Shown piece after piece: positions 41,683 to 52,646 of a DNA stretch of 64,000 nucleotides. The notes beneath the pieces are model-generated. The model made no database searches, was not told the origin of the DNA, and saw only the letters and a list, made by a program, of their open reading frames with translations. This DNA comes from a virus, in the IMG/VR virus record IMGVR_UViG_3300012211_000002, one strand, 5' to 3'. A program made the translations under genes and the position numbers. Positions within the stretch are counted from its first letter, which is position 1; each line of letters opens with the position of its first letter.

Positions 41683-43777
41683 AAAACTTTTCTGCCATTT
41701 ATCAAACTCATCCGCATCGAAAACGTACACGCGTTGGGCGTAGCAACGAATAATTGGGTCATCGTCTTTACTCAATTCAATGCACGGATTATTCTTTTCA
41801 CAGTCCTTCTTATCCGGGTACACACTATTGCCACCCAAAGCATGCCCAACTTCATGCTCTAATGCTATATTATCCATCCAAGCTTCATGCCTCGTTGGTA
41901 GTTCCATTTTCATTCTCCCAACCAAAATCATTTGTTCAAATTCTTCATCATCTCATCTACTTCTTCTCGTGCTGCTGTCGCCCTCTGCTTCCAATCCTCT
42001 GGCTTACAGTTACTCATAAACGTATTCACAGCCGCTACCGATTCCGCCGAAGGACTCTCTGCAGCATATTCACAAAGCTCTCTAAGCTCCTTCGACTGCT
42101 CCACCGATAGACTCACTGTCGGATAATACCATTTATTATTTTCACAAAAACCAGTCAGCCCATCTTCACTCCAAGCTAGCGTAATTGGCTGATCGAAATC
42201 CACCATTCGCCAGAACCAACCCCAATAGAAAATCTTCTTTCCCGTGTCCGAATTCGAATCAAATAAGGCTTGTACTTTACTTACTCCCGCAGGAACCACG
42301 AAATCAATAGGAACGCGTTCACTAGGATGGAGCTCAATTCTTTCTACTGCTTGCACACTCGGCAAATTTTTCATCTTATCCAACCCAACAATTGCTTCGT
42401 TCAACTCTTCGCTCGTCATGTGGTCCCCATTCTGTCAGTCTCATGCTGTCCCTTGCACATCAGGTTCTTGGGGTCCTCTCTCACGTAGATGCCGCTATAC
42501 GTTTGCTTCCCACAGAAGCAACAGACCCCTTCGTCTCCACTGTCCAACCGTCTAGAGGGATTGATCGGATGCCTTGCATCCCAGCAATCGTCACAAATTA
42601 TATGGGTCCACTCTGACATATGAGCAACCCCTACCTCATACAGAAATTTTTCTAACTCTCCATGCTGGCCAAACCACAACCCCGCCATCCCCTAGTTTTA
42701 CAGCTACCGCCAAAAGCCCCCAGTTCACATCGACAATTGTCAAATCACTAACTGTCCACCCATCGCTCACCACTTGATCCCCTTTCTTTAGAGAGTAATC
42801 AATCTGCACCGTGAACCCGAGGGCTTTTCTAGCTAGCCAACACCGAAGCTTATCCATATTCTACTCCTCATCAGTTCCTGGTAGACAAGCCAGAATCTTT
42901 TCCCTCTTCCTCTTTCAACAGCAACTTCTTTAGAGGCAACTTCCCACCACGAAGCCGTTTACGCACCTGAGCCGCTGTCAATTTTTTCTTCCACTTTACT
43001 TTCTTCATTGCTTCCCCATCACGCCGTAGTGTACCTAGCCGATTTGTGCAACAAGGGCAAATGCGTTTCCTCCATATGCTTATCGAAATCCATACGAGAC
43101 AACGGTAATTCTCGAATCTGATTTCCATGAATGCCCTTGATAGCAATACAAAAACGGCAACCGAGTCTCCGATCGTGCTCCTGGCCGATAACAGTCATTC
43201 CAAGTGGTTCCCGCCACGGTATCCAAGGGAAAGAATGCTCCAGTTCCTCTTCACGGGACATAGAATTCAATTCCTCTCATGCTTCTCTTTACGAAATTGA
43301 ATCACGGCTTCTAAAGCTTCTGCAGAGTCGTTGTACTTTTTCCCTTGCATAAGGCCACCAGCAAAAAACACTTCACTTTTCCGATACTGGCTTAAGCAAT
43401 GCATACAAAGTGGCTTCATCCCACTTGCCACCCTCTCATTCCCAGCAGACAGGGCCAATGAGGCCTTACATAACCAACATGCCACCTGTACACTGCTCGT
43501 CGTCTGCTCTCCCCAATATACGCAAAGTAGATACTCTTCGTCTCCCATGTTCCTCTCCCAATCAGCTCCCCGAGTGCTTAGGTAGGTTTTGCTCTGGTAA
43601 GTACGGTATCCCAGCTATTCTTTTGCACCGAATCACCAACGTAAACTCAGCTTCCGACTCCTTTATATCTCCCGGTGCTGTACTTATGCGCAAAATCTGT
43701 GGCTCTGAATAAGCTCTCACAATCGGTGAAACCCAATCATTGAGCTGCTCTATAAAGTCTTTCATCTACTCACCTCG

Positions 43778-44581
43778 TTAATCCAAAAACCGAACCGACT
43801 GCATTGCTTTAGCCCGACTCTCCAAATTCATGAGCACTCTGTGCCAACCATCCAAAGTCAACGTCGCATGGTCTGCATGTGTAATTTTGCCACGGACGTA
43901 CATCGTGGCGTTCTCTGTCATGCTCCGCCATGGCTGCTTCCTACTTTCCTCCGACAGTTTATTATACTCATATACCGACAGAACTTGTTCCCCCAATACG
44001 TAGACTCGTGTTCCACCCGATCTGTAAGCTTCCTGCGCATAATGGAACTTCCCACGACCCCGATTGAAAGGCTCATTCTTGAGAATCAGATTCTTCGGCA
44101 CCTTCAAAGACCAAGCTGGAACAAAGAACCATTCTCCCTGTCGCTTGAAGACCTCGTTCTTCCTCGAATGCTTCTCCGCTCCCGACAGCCTTACCATACT
44201 CTCCCGCTGCAATACTTCCTCTGGCTTCAAAGCTGTCTTCGCCGCTTCCACCGTCGAAACTGGAGACTCTTCTGGAATGGCCGCCACGAACCAGTGTCGT
44301 TCATCATGGCCACATAGGAATCTCTGCTTGATCTGCCGCCCACGCTCATCCGGTCTTCTGACGAGAAGCAGAAGATGCCTGTCTTCCGGTACGACCTGCA
44401 ACACTTCCAAGGCCGCCTTTGCATCCGCTCCGATGGTAAAATCGAAGATCTCTCCAAACTTATCCCGCTTGACATCCAATTCAACCCTGACGTCTTCACG
44501 AGTCCAACGATCTTTCTGTGGCACTTGCAACCTTACCCGAGCCCCCATTCGTCCAAACTGTTTATCCAATACGCTGCTCAT
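43778..44581 (-). CDS. Conserved hypothetical protein (RQGE motif)
   Basis: FLCGHDERHWFVAAIP...FKRQGEWFFVP...VRGKITHADH; C-terminus resembles 26901-27218. Confidence 0.6.
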   Translation of the reverse strand: MSSVLDKQFGRMGARVRLQVPQKDRWTREDVRVELDVKRDKFGEIFDFTIGADAKAALEVLQVVPEDRHLLLLVRRPDERGRQIKQRFLCGHDERHWFVAAIPEESPVSTVEAAKTALKPEEVLQRESMVRLSGAEKHSRKNEVFKRQGEWFFVPAWSLKVPKNLILKNEPFNRGRGKFHYAQEAYRSGGTRVYVLGEQVLSVYEYNKLSEESRKQPWRSMTENATMYVRGKITHADHATLTLDGWHRVLMNLESRAKAMQSVRFLD

Positions 44582-45073
44582 CCCTCTCCTCCATTCTCAA
44601 AACTTCGCACAATCTTCTCGATCTCTTTCCTGTTCGAAGCCATCTCCGGAGTGATACCCGTCAACTGCTCCAAATCTACTACTCTCCCACAAAGCGGACA
44701 AGGCCAAGTCATCATACCACACGTAGGAGCGTAATACACATCCTTCTCCACGTGGCCACACTGGCAGGTCACTTCTAAATAATAACGCGTACCCATCTTT
44801 CATCTCCCTAGGTCCTCAAACTACAGGTGGAACTTCAATCTCCCATTCGTGGCCCTTACTGCACTGAACTTTCCACGTGATTTTCAGGGAAGTAGGTGCC
44901 ACCACACTCCCTGCAAACATAGGCGTCCCCACGACCTCAAAGATAGAACCCAAATCCAACACATGGCAAACAGGGCAGATGACTTGCTGTGCTGGAATCT
45001 CATGGCCACCTACAGTCACGAATTGAATTTCTCTGTCCATCAAAGTATGAAGTCTCCCCACTGCGTACAAAAG

Positions 45074-45102
45074 AGTATAGTGAAAACCAAATATCTAGTC
45101 AA
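45074..45102 (-). promoter_or_regulatory. Sigma70-like promoter
   Basis: TTGACT-N17-TATACT. Confidence 0.7.
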
Positions 45103-45123
45103 TGTTTATTTCTGTGGAAAAGG

Positions 45124-45822
45124 TCAATCCACATCCTCCAACCGAATTGCTCTCACTCTACCAAGATCATAGGACCATGACTTCCCACCATGATGTCCAC
45201 AAGGTGTCTTGTAAGCTGCCACTGTAGCATAACCAGCTTTGTTCATTTCGTAGCATCCGATTCTGTCGCTTGAAATGTGAATCGTATCCGGCCGAAGCTC
45301 ATTCAGGTAACGACCCGGATCTCCTCTCGCCACTGAAACTTCCTGCAACGCCTGCATTGAGATTAACCAAAGATGCCCCGTTACATAATTAGGCTCTTGA
45401 GTTTCTTGGTAACGAAAGGGTATATGAGGATTTCCCCAATCTCCCACGAGACCAACTTTTCTTGGGGGAAACTTACTCTCGAAATCTGCCCACACATCCT
45501 GTAGCTCTTCTAACCACCCACTATTCAAAACTACATCTGAGTTCAACAGCACCGCTCTAGGAGTTTCTACCAGTCTCAAGCCCGTATTTGAAGCCCGCGT
45601 AAACCACCGCTGAGAATTGTTTCTTATGTAAATGTTTCTTCTATTCCTTCCAAGGCATTCTGGGCCATAAAGAAATGACCTCGTCTGCTCATCTGAAAAA
45701 TCATCTACAATGATCAATCTTCCGAAAGAGGGGGTGTGCTGATAAAGTGATTCTACGCAAGCCTTTACATACTCTAAAGCGTTATGCACTGGAAGTATGA
45801 CATCAACACATTCATGGCTCAT
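45124..45822 (-). CDS. Glycosyltransferase family 2
   Basis: VDVILPVHN...IIVDDFS...FTRASNTG...LLNSDV. Confidence 0.88.
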   Translation of the reverse strand: MSHECVDVILPVHNALEYVKACVESLYQHTPSFGRLIIVDDFSDEQTRSFLYGPECLGRNRRNIYIRNNSQRWFTRASNTGLRLVETPRAVLLNSDVVLNSGWLEELQDVWADFESKFPPRKVGLVGDWGNPHIPFRYQETQEPNYVTGHLWLISMQALQEVSVARGDPGRYLNELRPDTIHISSDRIGCYEMNKAGYATVAAYKTPCGHHGGKSWSYDLGRVRAIRLEDVD

Positions 45823-45825
45823 CCA

Positions 45826-46278
45826 CTAACACTCCGACACTGCGCAAATTTGCTCCGTCTCCCAAACTTCTACTCTACAACTCTGCAACGGAAAAGTTGC
45901 CCAAATCCTTTTTAACAGAATCGACGCCATATTCTCCGTCGTCGCCCTAACGCCCATAGGGGCAAACTCCGGCAAAGTAGAGAGATTCACATTATCCCAG
46001 CGTTTTATGATCTCCTCCTCCAAAAACTGATCATCTATCGTATATCCATTACCGTCCACTGTCCCCTTAGCTAAAATCCTCACCTTAAAATTATGCCCAT
46101 GAATTTCCGGCATAACTTTTGCCAAGTACGTGCATGCATCTTGCCAATTCCCCGTTTCTGCCGCTTTCAAACTCAAAGCGTAATTCACGTAAACTGCGCC
46201 ACCATTAAAATGACAGGACTGCAAAACATAGGTGCGATCATAGGTCACTACGTCATCCGCCGGCATTTCCACCTCCAA
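45826..46278 (-). CDS. queD: Second, intact QueD/PTPS-like protein
   Basis: SCHF...IHGHNFKV...TTENMA...VEVWETE. Confidence 0.75.
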   Translation of the reverse strand: MEVEMPADDVVTYDRTYVLQSCHFNGGAVYVNYALSLKAAETGNWQDACTYLAKVMPEIHGHNFKVRILAKGTVDGNGYTIDDQFLEEEIIKRWDNVNLSTLPEFAPMGVRATTENMASILLKRIWATFPLQSCRVEVWETEQICAVSEC

Positions 46279-46290
46279 TACATCAATACA

Positions 46291-47628
46291 TTAAGAAGCC
46301 GCCCTTGCCTTCTCCTTCAAAGAGCGAGCCACTTCTGCTAGCACTTCCAAATGCCTAATGATATCTTCCTCTGTATGCACCACCGACACCGTCCATTCTT
46401 CGTCTCCGCCATAGGGTTGTGGAATTACCCCCCTGTTCACCATACCGAGCCAATAGCGCTCCCACATATTCATATCCGCTTTAGCCCAATCCCGATAACT
46501 CCTAATCGTATCCACTCCGAAAGCCACCGAGCCATTGACCCCCACATTCGTCACCAAACCACTAATCCCATTCTCTGTAAGAATCCGCTTATAACCCACC
46601 GCCAACAGATCGCTCAGAGTTCTCGCCTGCCCATAAGCATCCCTCGTCAACACGTACTTCAACGTAGCCAAACCTGCTGCCATCGAAATTGGATTTGCAT
46701 TGTACGTACCCGCGTGAAACATTCTCCGATCCTCTATCACTTTCATGATGCTCAACGAAGCCCCAAAAGCCGCCAAAGGGAAACCACCACCAATAGACTT
46801 GGACAAGCAAACTATATCCGGGGTAACTTCAAATTCTGATGCTGCCCCACCATAACCAATTCCACCACTCTTGACTTCGTCGAAGATCAGAAGCGCTCCA
46901 TACTTCGTACAGAGTTCCCGTATCGATTGTAAATAAGAAGGGAAAGGTAGCAACACACCCATATTCATCATCACCGGCTCAACAATTACTGCCGCTACTT
47001 GATCTGGAAAAACCTTATCCAACGAGAGCTCCAGAGAACGAAGATCATTAAACTGTGCTACGTGGGTAAGATTCGTAGAAACCCCTTCTCCAAAAGGAAC
47101 TGAAAGCGGCTCAAAGCCAGGACCCCATTGCCCCGCCAAGGGCTTTACGGAAATCATCACCGCATCATGTAAACCGTGGTAGGCCCCCTCCATCTTTACA
47201 ATGTAATCTCTGCCCGTGTACGACTTTGCTAAACGGATCGCGTGCATCGTAGCTTCTGTACCAGTACTAGCAAATCTCACTTTCGCCAAGAACGGGTAAC
47301 GCTTCAGGATTTCCTCTGCCACCTCTGCTTCCAAATCATGGCACATGCCGTACATGGTCCCCAAACTCAACTGCTTCCTAACTGCCTCCAATACGACTGG
47401 GTGCCGATGTCCTGTCAACAACGCTCCGAAGGACAAATTGTAATCCACGTACTCGTTCCCATCCACATCCACTAACCGTGAACCAGCCGCCCCCGCTATG
47501 AACAAAGGGTAAGGATCGTAGGCTCTGGCGTTGCTAGCTGTACCCATAGGTAAAACTTTATTGGCCTTTTCCCAGAGAGCCTTGGATTTCTGTGTTCTAC
47601 TTTCGTAAAGATTTCTTTCCTCTATCAT
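46291..47628 (-). CDS. Class III PLP aminotransferase (GSA aminomutase-like)
   Basis: DVDGNEYVD, FASTGTEAT, GAYHG, IFDEVKSG, SKSIGGGFP, GTYNANP. Confidence 0.9.
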   Translation of the reverse strand: MIEERNLYESRTQKSKALWEKANKVLPMGTASNARAYDPYPLFIAGAAGSRLVDVDGNEYVDYNLSFGALLTGHRHPVVLEAVRKQLSLGTMYGMCHDLEAEVAEEILKRYPFLAKVRFASTGTEATMHAIRLAKSYTGRDYIVKMEGAYHGLHDAVMISVKPLAGQWGPGFEPLSVPFGEGVSTNLTHVAQFNDLRSLELSLDKVFPDQVAAVIVEPVMMNMGVLLPFPSYLQSIRELCTKYGALLIFDEVKSGGIGYGGAASEFEVTPDIVCLSKSIGGGFPLAAFGASLSIMKVIEDRRMFHAGTYNANPISMAAGLATLKYVLTRDAYGQARTLSDLLAVGYKRILTENGISGLVTNVGVNGSVAFGVDTIRSYRDWAKADMNMWERYWLGMVNRGVIPQPYGGDEEWTVSVVHTEEDIIRHLEVLAEVARSLKEKARAAS

Positions 47629-47848
47629 CAGATGTCTCCTCCATTCTTTTGATTTCTTTCAATGTGTTTCCCCTATATCCCCAATTCCTCAACCAACGAT
47701 ACAAAGTCGTTCTTCCAACACCCAATAGCTTCGCTGCCTCTTTTCTATGAGGGTGTGAACTAACTACTCGCTCAACGTGAGCGCGAATTACACTTTCTAA
47801 ACTTAATGACTGATCTGCATACTTGCTATATTTCACTGCAGGCCTCAA
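47597..47848 (-). CDS. Fis-like HTH protein
   Basis: SLESV.RAHV..V...HRKEAAKLLGVGRTTLYRWL. Confidence 0.8.
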   Translation of the reverse strand: MRPAVKYSKYADQSLSLESVIRAHVERVVSSHPHRKEAAKLLGVGRTTLYRWLRNWGYRGNTLKEIKRMEETSDDRGKKSLRK

Positions 47849-48534
47849 TCATCATACTCAGTCGGATCCGCTAAATTCGCTTCTGCGAATGCTGATCTCC
47901 TCTCTACGCAGTTGTGGCATCGACCACACTGTTTTTTCTGTGTCGTATAGCAAGACCAAGATAATTCAACCGGAAATTCGTTTTTCATCAGCCACTTCAC
48001 CGCATCACTTTTTCTAAAACCCGCTCTCAATAGAGGAGACCAAATCTCATAAGGTTCCCTCTGACCATAAGTGCCCATACCAATGGACAGCATAGTCGCC
48101 ATCGAATTCTGAAACTCTATACTCAAGTCTCCGGACACATGATCTGTCTCCTGTCCCGAGAGAACTATTTTACGAATCCCTTTCTCATAACCATAAATTG
48201 CCGCGAAGAGCAAAAACACAATATTTCTTCCCGGAACGAAGTTCACAATGGGATCTATTTCTTGCCCCAAGGCTTCTCCTCGTACTACCGGATTCTTGCT
48301 AACAAAAGCATGATAGTCACGAAGGCTTAAGCTCGTCAGTGAAATCCTCTCTTTCCCAAATCTTTCTTGCAAAACCTTGGTCCACCTCTCTGCCGCCGCT
48401 ATCTCTTTGGGCCACGCCGCTTGCCCATACGAAATGTTCAGCCCAACTATATCAAAGCTTGTGGACAATAAAATCCCAGCACTCGCCAAAGAGTCTGCTC
48501 CGCCAGAGTTCAGGAGTATCACTTTCTCATTCAT
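47845..48534 (-). CDS. queC: 7-cyano-7-deazaguanine synthase
   Basis: LLNSGGADS, SYGQ, FVPGRN, SWSCY...CGRCHNCVER. Confidence 0.93.
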   Translation of the reverse strand: MNEKVILLNSGGADSLASAGILLSTSFDIVGLNISYGQAAWPKEIAAAERWTKVLQERFGKERISLTSLSLRDYHAFVSKNPVVRGEALGQEIDPIVNFVPGRNIVFLLFAAIYGYEKGIRKIVLSGQETDHVSGDLSIEFQNSMATMLSIGMGTYGQREPYEIWSPLLRAGFRKSDAVKWLMKNEFPVELSWSCYTTQKKQCGRCHNCVERRSAFAEANLADPTEYDD

Positions 48535-49130
48535 AGCTTCAACACCCATTCCTGCCAAAATTTCAATCCACACGTTCTATGGAAAAGGGCACCTCTGAAA
48601 AAGGCTTTCTCAAGATTCTTCGCACTTCCCAAATTTGCCTCGTACAACCTCGCTCCGCTAAATCTAGCCCCTCGCAAATCTGCCCCCTGCATATTGCATT
48701 CCTGTAGGTTGGCGTGCCTAAAATCTGTATCTACCAAACATGCCTCTATCAACCTCGTCTCACACACTTTTGCCCAACTCAAATTGGCACTGGAGAAATC
48801 TGCTTTCGAAGCATCTGCTTCACACAACTTTGCCCTGTTCAAATCTGTTCCATGAAAAAATGCCCGCATGATTTTAGATTCACAAAGATTTACTGCCCGG
48901 AGGTTCGCTTCATTGAAATTTGCTTCGACAGCTGAGACTGCGTAGAGATCCGCTTCCCATAAATTCGCGCCAACAAAGGAAGTCTCTTGTAAATTTGCTC
49001 CTGCTAAATCCGCCCAACGAAAGTCGCATTGATTGAGGACCAAGCCCGATAAGTCCTGGCCATGTAAATCCGCTTTCGGAAAGGAGCTCTCTCCCCGCCC
49101 CAGCTGTTCCTGCAACTCTTCTCTGTTCAT
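48531..49130 (-). CDS. Pentapeptide repeat protein
   Basis: A(D/N)LxxA repeats throughout. Confidence 0.92.
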   Translation of the reverse strand: MNREELQEQLGRGESSFPKADLHGQDLSGLVLNQCDFRWADLAGANLQETSFVGANLWEADLYAVSAVEANFNEANLRAVNLCESKIMRAFFHGTDLNRAKLCEADASKADFSSANLSWAKVCETRLIEACLVDTDFRHANLQECNMQGADLRGARFSGARLYEANLGSAKNLEKAFFRGALFHRTCGLKFWQEWVLKL

Positions 49131-49405
49131 TCCAAAGCCTCATTCTAATCTATGTTCATAGCTATCAGCTTCTTTGCTGGAATCCAAGGACACGAAGCCT
49201 CGTGCCGTACGTTCTCTTCATTGTGGCCACTGATAGCACGACAAAGGGCACACTTACGAACAAACGATTTGGTCAAGCTTGATGGCGTACCCGGAACAGG
49301 CGGCTGAACTGATGTTTCATAAACTGGGTCAGATTCTGCCAAGGCTTTGACGATGTCGTGTGATGTCATATGGTTCATTTTCTTCCCCAATCCATTATAC
49401 AAGAA

Positions 49406-49918
49406 TTACTCACCAGGAGAAGCAACCCAGTCGCTCCCGCTCTCTTCGCAGCAACATGCTAACGATTGCACTCTTGCTCCGAATCTACCACACCAAACTG
49501 ATCGACCCTCCGCATCTGCTTTCTTTGCCTCTGAGCCCCATCCACACCTGCTACAGCCAAATCCTTTCGCTTTCCCTCTAGTGCCATAATTAGCTTCCTT
49601 CTGAGTCCACTGAACTATCTGCACCGGCCAAGCTTGAGGCCCTATCATCCATTTCTCACAACTACCAGCCTCCATAGATATTATACCGGAAACATGTGAA
49701 CACAAATCTGGCTCAATCCTCATTTGACAAGTACCACACAAATATCTCCCGCTCGGATCAAATCTTATCCCCTCCTCATCATAATCTGCAACCAGTGACA
49801 TCAGCTCCCGAACCAGATTCTCTTGCGCTGGATCATACTGCACCGGCTCTTCAAACTGCTTTTTCTTTTCTGCCAGCAGTTCTACCAAAGCCTCTTCCAG
49901 ATTGAAGTCTTCACTCAT
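49406..49918 (-). CDS. Cys-rich protein with HiPIP-like motifs
   Basis: CGTC...CSHVSG.I....GSCEKW and a second Cys cluster. Confidence 0.45.
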   Translation of the reverse strand: MSEDFNLEEALVELLAEKKKQFEEPVQYDPAQENLVRELMSLVADYDEEGIRFDPSGRYLCGTCQMRIEPDLCSHVSGIISMEAGSCEKWMIGPQAWPVQIVQWTQKEANYGTRGKAKGFGCSRCGWGSEAKKADAEGRSVWCGRFGARVQSLACCCEESGSDWVASPGE

Positions 49919-50421
49919 AGCTCAAACTTTTCCCTACTATCCTGCATCAAGTACTTCACATGCTCTGGCTTAAACTGTACCACTGACTTAATTCTATCCG
50001 CCGGGATGCCACCTTGGTATTTCAGCCACTTACCCTTTGCTCCAGATCTGCCCAACGGATCACTCTCCGTATCCTCTTGCCAAGGTGTATCTCTTCTATC
50101 TAACTTCAAAATAGAAACTTTTCCACTGCCTGTTGCCTTGTTAAAAGCCCAATCCATCTTAGCTGCCCAACGAAGGGCATCGTGGGGGCTCTCAAACGCA
50201 TTTATTTCTCCTTTTCCATATCTCGATTGATTTCCTTGCTTCACCCAGTTGGAAGTCTGCATTGGACGCAAACCCTCTTTCTGAATCTTAGGAACAAGGC
50301 TTGTATGAGTCACATGATAAACACTTGCACTAGATGCTGTCCTCCCACACTTCCCTGCCTCTGGATTACAGCCACTACCAGGTCCACCACCATAGATCAG
50401 AATTGTGGAAGCCAAATTCAT
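49915..50421 (-). CDS. Leader-tagged ART-fold (Tpt1/KptA-like) enzyme
   Basis: MNLASTILIYGGGPGSGC leader; YHVT...I.KEGL. Confidence 0.65.
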   Translation of the reverse strand: MNLASTILIYGGGPGSGCNPEAGKCGRTASSASVYHVTHTSLVPKIQKEGLRPMQTSNWVKQGNQSRYGKGEINAFESPHDALRWAAKMDWAFNKATGSGKVSILKLDRRDTPWQEDTESDPLGRSGAKGKWLKYQGGIPADRIKSVVQFKPEHVKYLMQDSREKFEL

Positions 50422-51137
50422 TATCCAAAGCCTCCCACAGTTCCACTTGGAAACCCTACAACAGCAGTAGAGCTCAAAGGACGCATACCAGAGTCCGTAT
50501 GCTGCCTTGTAAGACTATCCCTACGAGCTTTTGTAGCTGCTGCTTTCCGCCTGGTTACATCCCCATATGAATCATCCGACTCACCGGGATTATCAACAGG
50601 AACTCTCTTCGCTTTCTTTAGAGACGATGGGTGAAACGTCGACCGTGGTTCTATATGACCATAACCCCCATCGTACACGTTCGGCTCTCCCAATTCCGCT
50701 GCCAGTTCCCCACTCACTATCTTTCGAAACTCTTCCATACTCACTTTCTTCATACTTCCAAAAAATCTGCTATCGTCATAGTGCTCCAAGAAAGCCTTCT
50801 TCGCATTCGCCCCTGAAGCAAAACCAAGCATCACCTTCTCCTCGTCTGTTTTCTTAAAGTCTGGCTGCTTCATAATCATAATCACATAGGCAAACTTTGC
50901 ATCTACTTTTGGACCGATAAACACATCCAAAAACTGCCCATCTTTCCCCATCGCATGCTTACTTCTAACATATCCATAGGGAATTTTCATACGAACTTTC
51001 CAGCAACCCCACTTCTTATCACACCCCTGCCTAATAGAACCCTTTCTATTCTCAACACTGATAGGAATGCCCTGGAAAACAGTCCTATAATGTAACTTAC
51101 GATTGCAGTAAAGCGTAATTGAGCAATCTAAATTCAT
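50421..51137 (-). CDS. Inorganic-pyrophosphatase-like (InPase) domain protein with leader-like N-terminus
   Basis: MNLDCSITLY; ISVEN.KGS.R...YGYV...GKDGQFLDVFIGP...DEEKVMLGF. Confidence 0.75.
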   Translation of the reverse strand: MNLDCSITLYCNRKLHYRTVFQGIPISVENRKGSIRQGCDKKWGCWKVRMKIPYGYVRSKHAMGKDGQFLDVFIGPKVDAKFAYVIMIMKQPDFKKTDEEKVMLGFASGANAKKAFLEHYDDSRFFGSMKKVSMEEFRKIVSGELAAELGEPNVYDGGYGHIEPRSTFHPSSLKKAKRVPVDNPGESDDSYGDVTRRKAAATKARRDSLTRQHTDSGMRPLSSTAVVGFPSGTVGGFG

Positions 51138-52039
51138 GGACGTTGCCCCATAAACTTTGCTACCTTAGCAACAACTAAATCTGGTTTCTTCAGCTCAGAC
51201 GTCCAAATGATAGCAGTCTTAAAGCCCCACTTAGCAAACAACTTTTTTCTAAGAGGGACTTCACAGTCCTCATGCCAAGGTCTCCCAAACAATTCAATCA
51301 GCAATTTCTTACCATTCACATTTACAAAATCTGGCACTTTTCCACCAATCACAAACTTTCCATCTACATTTAGCTTAAACTCTCCTGGAAAACTCTTTTT
51401 AAGCAATCTTGCCAGCACCTTCTCTAACTTATTTGGACGAGAAAAAGTTAGCATCTTACAAATAATAGCACTTTTAGCTTCACCTGACAAACTAGCCCAA
51501 AACTTCTTTTTATAATCACTAAGAAGTTTCGATCTCTCAGGTCGAGCATAAACTTCTTCCATCATCTTTCTAAACTCTGGGTCTTTCCAACGATTCTTGT
51601 TATCCAAGCAATGCTTACGATATACAACTGGATCTCTCATTCTTTGGGAGCCTTTTGCACTTAAATTTTCCCTATATGCTTTCGAATTTCTAAGTGTAAG
51701 AGTTTCTTCCCGATATCTTTTATTCCTCCACCTCTTCCTCATAATCAAACCATGCTGTTCCCTATGGCTATCTGTCCAAGGGCAGTGGCCAATCCAATAC
51801 TTACTACCTTTAGTCTTAGGAACATTACCGCATCCACACAAGCAAGGAGCATTCTCTCGGACTGGATGAGAAACATGGTATTCATCCCAATACCTTTTAA
51901 CAGAAGCGCTAATTTTCCTACGTCTATTGATCTCAACTGAAGTCTTCACCATTCTAGAATTATGGCCAGGCAAAAACTTATTGCCAGGTTGCTTTGGAAA
52001 CTTTCCACAACCACAAGCACACACTAATGAGCTCTTCAT
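51134..52039 (-). CDS. Free-standing homing-type endonuclease (Vsr/DUF559-like C-terminus)
   Basis: CACGCG...GH repeats; PNKLE...KVPDF...IELFGRPWH. Confidence 0.75.
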   Translation of the reverse strand: MKSSLVCACGCGKFPKQPGNKFLPGHNSRMVKTSVEINRRRKISASVKRYWDEYHVSHPVRENAPCLCGCGNVPKTKGSKYWIGHCPWTDSHREQHGLIMRKRWRNKRYREETLTLRNSKAYRENLSAKGSQRMRDPVVYRKHCLDNKNRWKDPEFRKMMEEVYARPERSKLLSDYKKKFWASLSGEAKSAIICKMLTFSRPNKLEKVLARLLKKSFPGEFKLNVDGKFVIGGKVPDFVNVNGKKLLIELFGRPWHEDCEVPLRKKLFAKWGFKTAIIWTSELKKPDLVVAKVAKFMGQRP

Positions 52040-52073
52040 ACTATTCCACCTCTAGTTATTATACAAGTTTCAT

Positions 52074-52640
52074 CTACTTGCTCCAAATCTTTTTCTGCAA
52101 CGTTTCGTTCTTATAAGACTGTGTCAGAGGGCTATACACCTTCGTTGCCAACTGGTGTTTCATAATCTCATTCTTCGGAACTGTCACCCCAAACCATTCA
52201 TGCTCCTGCTTATCTTTTACCTTTCCACTAGCATCCATAAGAGTGGGATCAAATATTTTACCGTTGTACTCGATCCAAGCATGGTCTATCGGCACGCCAT
52301 GCACAGAGACCAACCCTTCCACATACTGAACTTTGGGGTTCGCCAAACCAGCCATTGCCATCCTCTGCGCATTCATATAGCAGAAACCGAGTTTGCATTT
52401 AGGAAAGCTTGACTTCATCCTTTTCAAGTCCTCCAACTCTTCCTTCGTGAAAGGTTCCACATTTCCAGGATGCCCATAATCTGCCAATTTCAACCACACA
52501 TGCTGATTGCCCCAGACATGTGAATCTCTAATATGCTCCAGCATCTCCTGCAACTTCGACTTCGGACGACCACAACTCTCGCCATGACAGCCAGAACCGG
52601 GGCCACCACCATAGATTGAGATTGTGGAAGAGAGATTCAT
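52074..52640 (-). CDS. Leader-tagged transglutaminase/papain-like enzyme
   Basis: Leader; CYMNA...HAWIE...FDPT catalytic triad pattern. Confidence 0.7.
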   Translation of the reverse strand: MNLSSTISIYGGGPGSGCHGESCGRPKSKLQEMLEHIRDSHVWGNQHVWLKLADYGHPGNVEPFTKEELEDLKRMKSSFPKCKLGFCYMNAQRMAMAGLANPKVQYVEGLVSVHGVPIDHAWIEYNGKIFDPTLMDASGKVKDKQEHEWFGVTVPKNEIMKHQLATKVYSPLTQSYKNETLQKKIWSK

Positions 52641-52646
52641 CTTAGC

